This document shows, piece after piece, positions 25,603 to 36,920 of a stretch of 64,000 nucleotides of DNA. Each line of letters starts with the position of its first letter. Position 1 is the first letter of the stretch. The stretch comes from Azolla caroliniana. Its lineage: Eukaryota > Plantae > Polypodiophyta. A model generated the notes under the pieces. The model was given only the letters and a program-made list of their open reading frames with translations. It was not told where the DNA came from and made no database searches. Both the position numbers and the translations under genes were made by a program. The stretch lies in contig JBHGNT010000011.1 of the NCBI GenBank assembly GCA_043228905.1, positions 10,850,001-10,914,000 of the forward strand. The letters are read 5' to 3'.

Positions 25603-27766
25603 CAATGTGGAGCAAGATGCATGGCTTGGACTAATGTGGATTAAGACATCCTTAATGAAATCATCACAGTGAAGTCGTTGCCAAATAGTATCCACAAGGC
25701 TTGATTCAAGTGGCGTGACATAAACTATTGTTGCTTGTAGGTTTGATGGTCCTAGGAGAATTTGCTTTTGATTGTCGAAGGCCGGGTCTCGAGGACGAAG
25801 TGCGAGATTTGATCGTCGAGACAGAGCATCTACTTTCCCTTATTGTTTCCCGGGGCGGAAAATGATCTTGAAATCAAAACGAGTTAGAAATTGTGCACAT
25901 TGAGCCTGTCTCCTATTTAACACTCGAGCCGTTTGAAAATACATAAGATTTTTATGATCACTATAAATGATGATTTGATGAGGCGATCCTGCCAAGAAAT
26001 GTCACCATTGCTCGAAAGAGTCGACCACAGCTAATAACTCCTTGTCGTGCACCTCGTAGTTTATCTCCACAGTAGTAAATTTTTGCGAGTGAAACACGAC
26101 TGGATGGGACTGCCCGTCCTTGCCTATCCTTGCCTGGTTGTGATAGGATACTCCCCAATGCAAAATCTGACACATCCGACTCAATAGTAAATGGCTTTTC
26201 GGGATCAATATGTGCTAAGATAGGAGCTGATGTGAATGCCTTTTTGAGCTGAATAACGGCCTTGTCCACTTCATTAGTCCAAACAAATGCTTGATCTTTC
26301 TTGGTGAGCTAGGTGAGAGGCTACACAATCTTTGAATAATTCCATATGAATTTGCGATAGAAGTTAGCAAATCCAAGGAAACATTGGACATCTCGAACAG
26401 AACGTGGGGGTTGCCATTTCAATATTGTTTTGACTTTTGCTGGATCCATTAAGATACCCTTGGATGAAATAGTATAACCCAAATTCGACTTGTTCGCTGT
26501 CAAAACTGCACTTCTCAAGTTTGACATACAGACCATACTTTCTTAAGCATTCAAGTACTTTCCGAACATGTATATCATGCTCCTCTTGTGTTTTCGAGTA
26601 AATCAGCAGATCATCTAAATAGATGATGAGAAAGATATCCAGAAAATCTCGAAAAATGTCGTTTGCCATATATTGGAAAACTGCAGGTGCATTTGTGAGC
26701 CCAAAAGGCATGACTGTATACTCAAAATGACCATACCAAATGCAAAATGCAGTTTTCCACTCATCTCCCGGTCGAATTCGAACTAGATTATATGCACCCC
26801 TTAAATCGATTTTTGTAAAATACTTTGCCCCACAAATGCGCTCTAAAAGACTGGAGATTAAAGGTAGAGCATACATATTTCTTATGGTGACTTTATTTAA
26901 TCCCCGATAGTCCACGACCAAACGAAGCGAACTGTCCTTTTTCTTCACAAAAAATATGGGAGCACCGACTGGAGACTTCGAATGTCAAATGAACCCATGT
27001 GCAAGATTTTCCTCGATGTATTCTCGAAGAACCTCAAGCTCAGTTGGTGATAGGTTGTAGATCGGACCCCACGGTGGTTGTTTTCCTGGTTGAAGATCAA
27101 TGGGACAGTCGTACGACCGATGCTTTGGAAGTACACTAGCTTTGCTTTATCAAAGACATCAGCATATTCTTGATATTTTCTGGTAATTTGGATGTTTGAA
27201 TTCCCTTGAGTGGCACTAGAAGGTGTCACTGATACTGCAAATAAGAAAAGTTCCTCCTTTCCTCCCACTAAGGACAATTGTTGCAATGTAATGGTTGAGA
27301 TCTGATGAAAAGGAGATGGTGCAGTGGTAGAACTATGTTCTTTAAGGGAAGAATCTTGGGTTTGATCCTTAGCAATGATGTTGTCTGATGAAGGGCACCA
27401 AATTCCTCGCCTCCTCTAATCGATTCTTGGGTTATGTAGCTCAAACCAAGGATAATTGGATGCTCAGGCCTACGTATTATGTTAAAGGAAACTACACATC
27501 TTAAATCACCTAAGAGTATGTGGATTGGCTCAGACTCTTCGAATATCTTCCCGGAAGCTATGGGACATCCATCAATCACTACTACAGAAACCGGACAAGG
27601 AAGGGTATGCAAGGATATTTGATGTATTTGGGCAAAATCTCTATCCATGAAACAAGAATTGGCACCGGTATCTAAGAGGACTTGGACCTAAAGTTGACAA
27701 CTTGGTGTCCTAACTTGTACTTGGGCTGAGAAGACTCTACTAAAATGCTTGGAAGAAATGCTTGGT
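25603..27766 (-). pseudogene. Chromovirus protease-RT-RNase H segment
   Basis: LLDTGANSCFM; [34 protein letters not shown]; [23 protein letters not shown]. Confidence 0.9.
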
Positions 27767-27793
27767 TCGATATAACGCAACGACGAGGACCGT

Positions 27794-28512
27794 TGTCGTG
27801 CCTTTCGGCTCCGGATCGTTGCATGAGTCGGGTGGGAACCGCCGAGGTTTTGGACTAGGAGGAAGAAAAATACAAATAAGGCTAGTAAAGAATAGGTATA
27901 AAGAGTTATAAGATAAGAATCTCGTGAATCCCACGAGTTTAGTATATTTAGTCAATATTTAGGTAGTAAGAGAGAATTATTTTAGCAAATTCGTGAATCC
28001 CACGAATATTTTAGATTGATTGATCATTATAGAAAAATAATCAACAAAACTACAATGTGCTCCCCATCCTTATTTAGTGATGGGAGAGACTAAGCATAGC
28101 TACATGCTTTTTTCTAATATGTTCATGCACACTAAATGTGCATGTGATGCTTTTCTAATCCTTGCTTTTATTTGCTAAATATAGTGCTCATGCATGCTAG
28201 ATGTGCATGAGTCACTTTTTAGTTGCTTGCGTTTTTCTATAAAATATTCACGCACTCTAAAAATGCATGATTTACCTTTTAATAAAGGTAGGCGCAAATA
28301 AAGCACTTATAGTTATTAAATCTATTTATAGAACACTAAAGATAAGGTAGCATATGGTAAAGTTGAGGTTTGGCTAAGTGGAGGTATAGGGTTTGAATCC
28401 TGCCTTATGCACGTGATAAATATTTTGATATATTATTTATTTATTTATATGTATCTAAAATCGGATATATTATTTTATGGTTTTCACGTAGTGTGTGGAA
28501 TACACTACGACA
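27794..28512 (-). repeat. 3' LTR of G2
   Basis: Direct repeat of 34159-34878. Confidence 0.96.
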
Positions 28513-31500
28513 CTCGCCCCCTCCGAACCCGCACATCCTCCGGTATGTGCCGAAGTTCTCGATTCCTCATATCCGTCTTCACCCAAAGCTTCCTCCGATT
28601 CTCCCCTAATGTCGACTATGAGTTGTAATTCACTTTCTTCGCTTCCCGCATCACCGTGGTCTTCATCCGATTGCTCCTCGTTGTCGGCCTTGGCTTGGAT
28701 CACATAGGGTTTGTCGTCGGTCCGCTTCTTGAAAATCTTCACCCGCTTCCCGGCTATAGGCACTCATAGTATTGTTCCATCCAACTCGGATAGTCGGTAC
28801 GTTCCGTTGTCGAAGACTTTCCGAACCTCGTATGGCCCGAACCACCTTTTCACGAATTTCCGCATCGTTGTATGTTGATGGTCCAAACTACTGTCATAAA
28901 CGATCACCCAATCTCCTTCTTCAATCCTCCTCGGTCGTAGTCGGTGCTTTGTGTCGAACCGGCTTTTGTTCCGAAACCGTGCTTCTTGTTGTCGGCGTAT
29001 TGCTTCCGCTATGTCTGCCGGTCTTCCCTCTAGTTGTCGTATCCGGACCGCTAGTAGTTCTTCCCGGCTCATCTCTTCCTTCCACGGTAGCACTGTCCAT
29101 GTTGCGATCGCGGTTTCCGTCGGCATTACCGGTGCTTGTCCGGTCATGAGTTCTGTCGGCATGTAACCGGTTACAGAGCTATGCGTCGTCCGATCCGCCC
29201 ATAGTGCATACGGAAGCATTTGCGGCCAGTCCTTCACCTTTCCATCGCATGCCTTCGCAAGTGCTTTCACGATCGGACTGTGTCCTCATTCGATTTTCCC
29301 GTTGGCCTCTGGATTGTATGCCGTTGTCAGAGATGACCGAACTCCATGTTTGGCGAAGAATCCCCTAGCTTTGTCCGAGTCAAGTTCTCCCCGGTCCGCA
29401 ATCACTTGCCCTACGCACCCGTACCTGCAAAATACTTCCTCCAAATGAAATTGGCATACCGCGGAACACGTTTTCCTCTGAAGCGCTCGACCTTCTACTT
29501 GATTCGTGAGATCTTCCCGAGCTAATACCAAGTATTTCTTTTGTCCGATCCTAGTCGGCATGGCCACTATGTCGACCATCCACTTGAAGTTGATTGTCGG
29601 TGAGAATGTCGGATGTAACTCATCTCGATGTCGAACCCCGGAGTAGACTTGACATTTCTCGCAGCTTTCCGTGAACTCCGCGACATCTTTGTACATTTTC
29701 TTCCACCAATATTTTTGCTTGATCTTCACAAATGTTGCCCATGTTCCTCGGTGTCCAGCCCAATCGGATTCGTGAAACTCGGACATTATCCGGTTTCGTT
29801 GCTCTTTTGTCCCGACTACTCGAAGTGGTATACAATCCGGTCTTTTCGGCGCCCTCCATATTAATCCGTTTTCCAAGAAGAACTTTTGGACTTGCCTCTT
29901 CTTCCTTCGGATCTCGGCTCTTCTTCCTTTATCGTTTGTTGAGTCCTCGGCCTCTTGTAACATCTTTCCGATCATCAAGCTTTCTCCCTCGTATTCTTCT
30001 TCCCGGAATTCTCGGATTACGTTCACTCGGCATATGTGCTCCGACGCGAAGTAGTCTTCGGAAACTTCTTCATTATCTGATTCGGTTATGTCATCTCCGA
30101 ACCGAGCCCTTGATAACATATCCGCTACCGCGTTGTCCTTCCCCGAGATGTGTCGAACCTCCGGATTAAGCGACTTGACATATGCAACCCACCTTAGCAT
30201 AGCTACATCCGGTATCGTACAACACCGCATCATCCCGAGTATCGGAAGACAATCCGTCTCGATCACCACTTCGGCTCCGATCAAATAATCCCGATCCGAT
30301 TTTACTTTTGACTTGTGCATAGCCACGTTGCCTTTCGTTGAGAACCTTTGCTCCAAATCGGATCGGATACCGCAAACCATCCGAGTCGGCTTGATTGATG
30401 ACCCACCCGATACCGGTTGGACTTGTATCAACCGTTACTATGATCGGTCGGTCGTAGCTCGGCTTCTTAAGTGCTTCCGCCCTCCGAAGTGTCTTCTTCA
30501 ATTTCTTCATGGCTTTGGTGTGTTCCGGTTTCCATTCGAATTTCTTACCTTTCCGCAACAAGTGGTAGAGCAGGTCCACTATATGGGCATAGTGCGGAAT
30601 CCATATGTGATAGAATGCACATACACCGAGAAACCTTCGGACTTTGGATGTTGACTCGCATATTTCCTCCATAGCTTGAATCGCATCGATCTTTGTTGGT
30701 GACGGTCTTCGGCCGTAGGGCCCACATAGATGTCCGACCACCAATATTTCTTCTTGCCCGAATGCCGATTTCTCCCCGGAAAGTGTTAGGTGCACATCTT
30801 CTAGCTTTCGCAACACTTTCTCGCAATCATGAATATGGTCTACCACGAACTTTCGGCATCCCCGATCATCCATAGTCTCATCTTTTTCTTCTACCGCGCA
30901 TCCTTTCATCGGAATGTCATTGAGGAACGGCATCGTTATCTCCGGAATGCAGTCTCGAAGCACCTTGTTCATCGCGTTCATCATATGAGTAACCGAGTTT
31001 GTCGCTCCTTGTGGTAGTGTGCACATTCGGACTAATCCTATCGGTGTTCGCATGGTTGTGATGTCTCGGCTCTCCACGGCTAGTTGGAATTGGTCATACC
31101 CCGAGTATAGGTCTCCGATGGAGTATATCGCACGACCGGCAAAAGCTTCCGCAAATTCGTCCACTATCGGACCGACTCCCGAGTTCCGGATCGTGACCTT
31201 ATTCACCGGTTGCAAGTCTTGGATAAATCGGAGTGACCCATTCTTCTTCGGAACCGTAAACCATCGATTTGAGTACGGAGCAGTTGATGGCTCTAGAATC
31301 CCCATCGCCACCTTCTCCTTGAGCAAGTCAATGACTTTCGGAATATGCGCTCGTGGCACCAGAATTGGCTTCAGGTTCCACGGTACATGGTCAATCGTGA
31401 AAAACACCATCGGCTCCACTATTCTTGGATCGACGCACCCTATCTCCCTTGATGTAAATGCAAACGCTTTGCCGTGTTGTTCCAACATCTCGCGAAACCG

Positions 31501-32083
31501 TTCTTCTTCTTTTTGTAATAGGAACCCACCTCCACCGATCCGAAGTTTCTTCCGGGTCTCATCAGTGAAGGCATATCCGATATCCACAGACTTCCGAAGT
31601 GTCGGATCTCCCGAGACTTCTTTCCTCTTTTGTTCGCTATCGGCGGGTAGTGGTCCCGCGGCCGGTTTCACCTTCTTCTCCACGGCCTTGTATTTCGTAC
31701 TTACCATTGCTTCTTCTTTGCGGAGCGTATCCGGCTCCATTTTCGCAATGATCTCGTACATCTCGACTGATTCCACTGGGACTACCCGGTTCCCTTGGCT
31801 TTTATCTTTCACAAGCTCTTCAAGTCGTTGTAGCGTGCTCCCATAGAACACTTCTTCGACTATCCCCACGATTTCTTCATCTTCTTTTATTATTGATGCC
31901 GACCACAACTTATCCTCCACTTGTCGGTATCCTTCCTTCAATCCTCCGGTTACGGTCGCGTACGTAGATGCCCCATCCGGACCGATTCGTACATGTTTTG
32001 CTCCGAGAGTTTTCTTCTTGTGTGGGGTATCAGGGCTTCTCGGACTATCACTTCCCCACTCCGCAACAGTCCGCTTTAAAAAT
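28470..32083 (-). pseudogene. G2 pol (RT-RNase H-integrase) in the -1 frame, few lesions
   Basis: ORFs 30166-31941, 29286-30431, 28764-29270 and 28470-28763; the frame is open from the slippery site into 30166-31941. Confidence 0.9.
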
Positions 32084-32085
32084 CC
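32022..32085 (-). promoter_or_regulatory. Putative -1 frameshift signal (GGAUUUU + H-type pseudoknot) of G2
   Basis: GGATTTT-TAA-AG-CGGACTGT..GTGGGG..ATAGTCCG-N13-CCCCAC. Confidence 0.8.
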
Positions 32086-34118
32086 ATTCTCACTTGGGAC
32101 AAGAGTTCCCTCTTGTTCCTTTTGTGATTTGCCGGCACCGTTAGGAATTGGACGGATTTCCCACCGTTTTGACTCCGAATTCGCGCAAAAGCCGCACCGC
32201 TATCGAGCACCTTCGTCTCCATCCGTGATGCCATGATAAAGGGTTGGCCGAGGATGACGGAATGTGAAACCTCATCTTGCACGAAGAAATTTTGGTCGAT
32301 CTCGACATCCCCGATCTTCACCGTCACATCCGGACAAGCCGCAAATAGATCTTTCGTTGCTTTGGTGGCCGCCCGAATCTTCCATCCATGGTTGGTGTTA
32401 ATAGGCCACTTCCCCTTCCGGTAGAACTCCTTGGACATCAAGTTGATCTCTGATCCGTGATCAATCAATGCTAGCACGGGTTCTTTGATGTTGCCGATTC
32501 GGACCGGAGTCTTCGTAGTCGCGCGTGCCCAATGTGGCCTTGTATAGTGGGAGTTCGGAATTTCGTCCTCCACTTCGGTATCGTTCATTAAAACGGTGTT
32601 CGCATTCACCCTTGGAGCATTTTCCTCCGTACTTTGTCTTTTTCGCTTCACGAGATCCACGAGAAGATCGTGGAACTCCTTCTTTGCTATTCCGAGTAGC
32701 TCCCGAAGCGAGAAATCTACCTGGCTATCCAAGATCCTTTCCTTGAACACTCTTTTCAAGTCGGTTTGTTGTTCTATGTCCGAGGCGAGCTTGAATGCCG
32801 GAGTCGCCTTTTCTTTTCCCTTACCTCCGGAGTTCCAACTTTCCGGTATCTTCAATGGCCCGCCCGCATCCTCCGTGCGTTGTCGTTTCTCGTCCACATA
32901 CACCTTATGCAATTGACACAGGGCGTATACGCTATTCTTGTCGACAGGGCACTCCCATCCTGTAGCTTCTCGGACGCCTTCCGTGGTGCTTCGGATCTCG
33001 TTGGAGTCGGTTTTCTCGGTGTTTTCTAGAACTTCCGGCCAAAAAGATGTCTTTGCTCTCGATGACTCCCCGACACATATTCCCGCGGTTGTCGCACGGT
33101 TGCTTCTTGCCGCCAATTCCTCCTCAAGCACCTTCTTCATGCCGCCTTTCCGGAAGTTCGGTCAGAGTGGCTTCCGAGAGTCCATCGAATGAATCCGGTT
33201 TCCCTCGTAGTAGATGAGATCCCGCCGTAGCGCCTCCTTATGCTCGTCGCAATCCCTCCGATCGTGTTCGGCGCTATCGCACCATATGCACCGTCGGTCC
33301 GTATACTTGGAGCTTGTGGGGCGATCATCCGACTTCTTCACCATCGCGATCTTCAGATTCTCCATCTCCTTCAATAGTTGCTCCACCGTAGATGCATCAA
33401 TGCCCTTCTCGGTTGTAGTCTCCCGAGCCCTCGGTTGATGGTCTTCCAATCCGGTTCTCGGTTTCGGAATCGGTTCCGAAACCCTCTTTTCCTCGTTGGC
33501 AAGCCATTGCCCCCTCTTCGTGTATCGCGCGACGATATCCCGCACGCTTTCCCATGTTTCGGTGAGGCCACTCTCCGTGGTCGTGTCCTCCAAGAGCACT
33601 CCGAGATCTTTCCGGTCCCGGACGTCCACGGCTCGCAAGAACATGATCACCTTGTCCGGTACGAGGATAGCTTGATCTCTCGCGGACAACCTCCCGAACC
33701 GGCTTTCGAATGCCGAAAACACATCAACGACCTTCAATCCCTTGTCCGGCGTCTCCACCCAATCTTCGAATCCCCTTCGCGTCGCCTTGGAGGAATCCTC
33801 GATGGCGAACGTCCTCTTTAGCTCTTCTTCAAATGCCTCCCATGTCGGATTTTGTTGTCGTAGCCCATGGATGCTTGCTTGAAGCCCGTCGGTCGCCACC
33901 CAGTTGAAGGATGTCACTTGCAGTCCTTCCGATATTCCGCAACGTAGCATCTCCGCCTTGTAGTCCCGAAGATACCGCGACACGTCTTTCCCGTTGAATT
34001 GCCCGTTTCGTTGCACGAGCCGCTCCACTATTGCCGCTATCTCCGACGTCGCGCGTTGTTCTTGTAGCATGTGCTCGAACATCATCATCATGTTGCTAGC
34101 CTCCGGTTGATTTTCCAT
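32076..34118 (-). pseudogene. G2 gag-protease ORF1 (single in-frame TGA at 33162)
   Basis: ORFs 33162-34118 and 32076-33140 share one frame; CCHC knuckle CIWCDSAEHDRRDC; protease ALIDHGSEINLM...VILGQPF. Confidence 0.9.
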
Positions 34119-34158
34119 CTCCTTGCCACCCAGTGTTTCACGTCGGGTTCACCAACTA

Positions 34159-34878
34159 TGTCGTGCCTTTCGGCTCCGGATCGTTGCGTGAGTCGGGTGG
34201 GAACCGCCGAGGTTTTGGACTAGGAGGAAGAAAAATACAAATAAGGCTAGTAAAGAATAGGTATAAAGAGTTATAAGATAAGAATCTCGTGAATCCCACG
34301 AGTTTAGTATATTTAGTTAATATTTAGGTAGTAAGAGAGAATTATTTTAGCAAATTCGTGAATCCCACGAATATTTTAGATTGATTGATCATTATAGAAA
34401 AATAATCAACAAAACTACAATGTGCTCCCCATCCTTATTTAGTGATGGGAGAGACTAAGCATAGCTACATGCTTTTTTCTAATATGTTCATGCACACTAA
34501 ATGTGCATGTGATGCTTTTCTAATCCTTGCTTTTATTTGCTAAATATAGTGCTCATGCACGCTAGATGTGCATGAGTCACTTTTTAGTTGCTTGCGTTTT
34601 TCTATAAAATATTCACGCACTCTAAAAATGCATGATTTACCTTTTAATAAAGGTAGGCGCAAATAAAGCACTTATAGCTATTAAATCTATTTGTAGAACA
34701 CTAGAGATAAGGTAGCATAATGGTAAAGTTGAGGTTTGGTTACGTGGAGGTATAGGGTTTGAATCTTGCCTTATGCACGTGATAAATATTTTGATATATT
34801 ATTTATTTATTTATATGTATCTAAATTCGGATATATTATTTTATGGTTTTCACGTAGTGTGTGGAATACACTACGACA
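34159..34878 (-). repeat. 5' LTR of G2
   Basis: Adjacent to the Trp PBS; followed by TSD ccgt. Confidence 0.96.
34707..34774 (+). other. tRNA-like A-box/B-box module within the G2 LTR (second copy at 28342-28408)
   Basis: ATAAGG-TAGCATAATGG-N32-GGTTTGAATC(C/T)-TG-CCTTAT: A box, B box, tRNA spacing and a closing stem. Confidence 0.55.
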
Positions 34879-34882
34879 CCGT

Positions 34883-35416
34883 TGTCGGATGAAGAGAAAC
34901 AACAATGTCGAGCAAACCGTCTGTGCTTATATTACGGAGGTCCAGGACATATAGCAATTCATTGCTCCCAAAGGCCAAGGCGTTAGGTAAATCAAATTCA
35001 CTATGACAATAAAACTGAGTCCAACATTTTGGAAACACTTAGTGATCCTAATATTATGAATAATCCACCCTTGTCCAATAAGTTTGAAGTCCTAAGCCAA
35101 TTAGAAGAGGAGTCAAACGAATAAGTCTGGCCAAAATAGGAGCCATTTGGACCGTTTGACTCCTCTTCTAATTGGCTTAGGACTTCAAACTTATTGGACA
35201 AGGGTGGATTATTCATAATATTAGGATCACTAAGTGTTTCCAAAATGTTAGACTCAGTTTTATTGTCATAGTGAATTTGATTTACCTAACGCCTTGGCCT
35301 TCGAGAGCAATGAATTGCTATATGTCATGGACCTGTGCAATATAAGCATAGACGGTTTTCTCGACATTGTTGTTTCTCTTCATCCAACAACGATCATCGT
35401 CGTTGCGTCATATCGA
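34883..35416. repeat. Long inverted repeat (arms 34883-35119 plus 27767-27793, and 35153-35416; 33-bp loop)
   Basis: Arms are reverse complements with ~10 mismatches in ~240 bp; the inner ~140 bp has one mismatch. Confidence 0.95.
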
Positions 35417-35915
35417 TCTCCATAGGTGTAGGCCTATCCATTGGGGTTGGACTACGTGGTTGCCTTAGAGTTGGAGCAGGGCTATATGTTGGCCTTGGAG
35501 ATGATTGCGTCGTTATGCATAAGTTGGTGTGAATCTTGACCTTGTTATTTGTTTTTGTTCACATCGACGCAAAAAAAAACGATTATCGCATCGTATTGCT
35601 CGACTAATAGCTTCTGTAAGAGATTTTGGATCCTCAGGGAATGTAAGAAGTCTTTTACATCGCTACGAAGATCAGAATGAAACTACTCCATTAGGGCTTG
35701 TCCATCCCAAGGTATATCGCTTGCGATGAGACGAAAATTGGTTGCATATGTCGATGTTGGTTGATCACCTTGACGTAGTGTACGAATCTTGTTGATCGCA
35801 GTTCTTGCCCCATCTATATCTCCAAAGCAAGCTTTAAATTCTTTGACAAATTCCTCGAAATTATGGAGTAGAGGAGAATTCGTCTCTAATAATGGAGCAA
35901 ACCACAACAACGTTA

Positions 35916-36288
35916 TGCCGGATTCCATCCAACTCAGCCTAGTCGATCGGTCTTCATCTGATCCAGCTCTCGGTTTCTTCAACCGATCCGGGCCTAGCCG
36001 ATCAGTCTCCATCCGATCCGGCCCATGTTGAGCTTGCTTCTCAACACTCTTGAAAGAGTATCTGACATTAACTCGCCTATATTAGGCCTATTTACTAAAA
36101 TAGGCCTATGGATGAGTGACGTTCTGAATCGGCTCACTCAACCGTTACGTCATCCGGTCCACCATTCGAATTCGCCATCCAGCTTGTTCAACCGATCTGG
36201 GATCCAGTCTAGAACTTAGACTTATTAGCCTAAGTGAGCCTATTTGGTCAAATCATATCCGGCCCATGTTGAGCTTGTTCGCTCAACA
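35916..36288 (-). repeat. Two tandem truncated Copia LTR 5' ends
   Basis: Two copies of ccggcccatgttgagcttg...ctcaaca ending at 36046 and 36288, resembling the Copia A/E LTR start TGTTGAG..CAAGCTCAAC. Confidence 0.6.
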
Positions 36289-36629
36289 ACTCTGAATTTG
36301 ATTAGTTCATGGTCTATTGAATAGGTCATAAATTGTTCAAGTTTTGTAGGTTTGAACTTAGCAGCATTCTTCAATTTAGAAAACGAAATCAACTAACACT
36401 TGCGATTAAGAAAAGTTACACTTTGGAGTGGCAACCTAGTGCTTACATAGTCAATTCTCAATGCATGTTTCAAGTTGGTTACTCAAGGCAATAAAGTTAT
36501 GAAATCCATTACATATTATATATGTGGACCTTTAGGTTGAGGTTCATACATATTTCCTCCATTATCAAATTTGAGCAATACACTTGTACTTAGAACACTA
36601 GTACAAAGTTGTCAAGCTGAAAGTTATAT

Positions 36630-36815
36630 TGTGGAATGGAGTGATAACTACAAATGTACAACGATTCCGATGTCCAAAGTATTATTTCAGCCATCTCTCA
36701 TCGGCATGGAGGCTGCAAATATCCATGAATTGAAAATGTTTTTAGGTCCCTTTCTCCTCATGAATGGATGGATGAATTTATGGTTAGAATTAGCTTTGTT
36801 TTGGTGGGGTTGTTC
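36630..36815 (+). pseudogene. Actin gene fragment (frameshifted, degenerate)
   Basis: NG-VITTNVQRFRCP / [17 protein letters not shown] matches actin [33 protein letters not shown] with a 1-nt frameshift. Confidence 0.65.
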
Positions 36816-36920
36816 TTCTCACCGAAACAACCATCAACTTTTGTATTGCTTATGATTTTATAATACCAAAGTGTATCTTTTGTTCAAAAAAAAAAAACTT
36901 AGAACACTAGTACTTAATGT

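Larger units (their letters stand above)
27794..34878 (-). mobile_element. Full-length non-chromovirus Ty3/Gypsy element G2 (tRNA-Trp primed), the best-preserved copy
   Basis: LTRs 27794-28512 and 34159-34878 (~98% identical, about 11 differences), 4-bp TSD CCGT, PBS 34139-34154, PPT GGAGGGGGCGAG 28513-28524. Confidence 0.97.
10390..35915 (-). mobile_element. Tcn1-like chromoviral Ty3/Gypsy element, split by insertions at 12008-25597 and 27794-34878; 5' LTR lost
   Basis: Collinear pieces after removing the inserts: gag ~35153-35915 (WFAPLLE..FEEFVKEFKACFGD, CCHC), protease ~27270-27700 (LLDTGANSCF), RT 26364-26948 ([13 protein letters not shown]), RNase H ~25800-26300, integrase 11032-12007, chromodomain 10805-11155, PPT GAAGGGGAGATAA and 3' LTR 10390-10820. 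Confidence 0.85.

Noticed and set aside
31019-31846. Long antisense ORFs over pol genes (e.g. 31019-31846, 1828-2619)
   Set aside because: These are shadow ORFs of GC-rich coding sequence with no recognisable domains.
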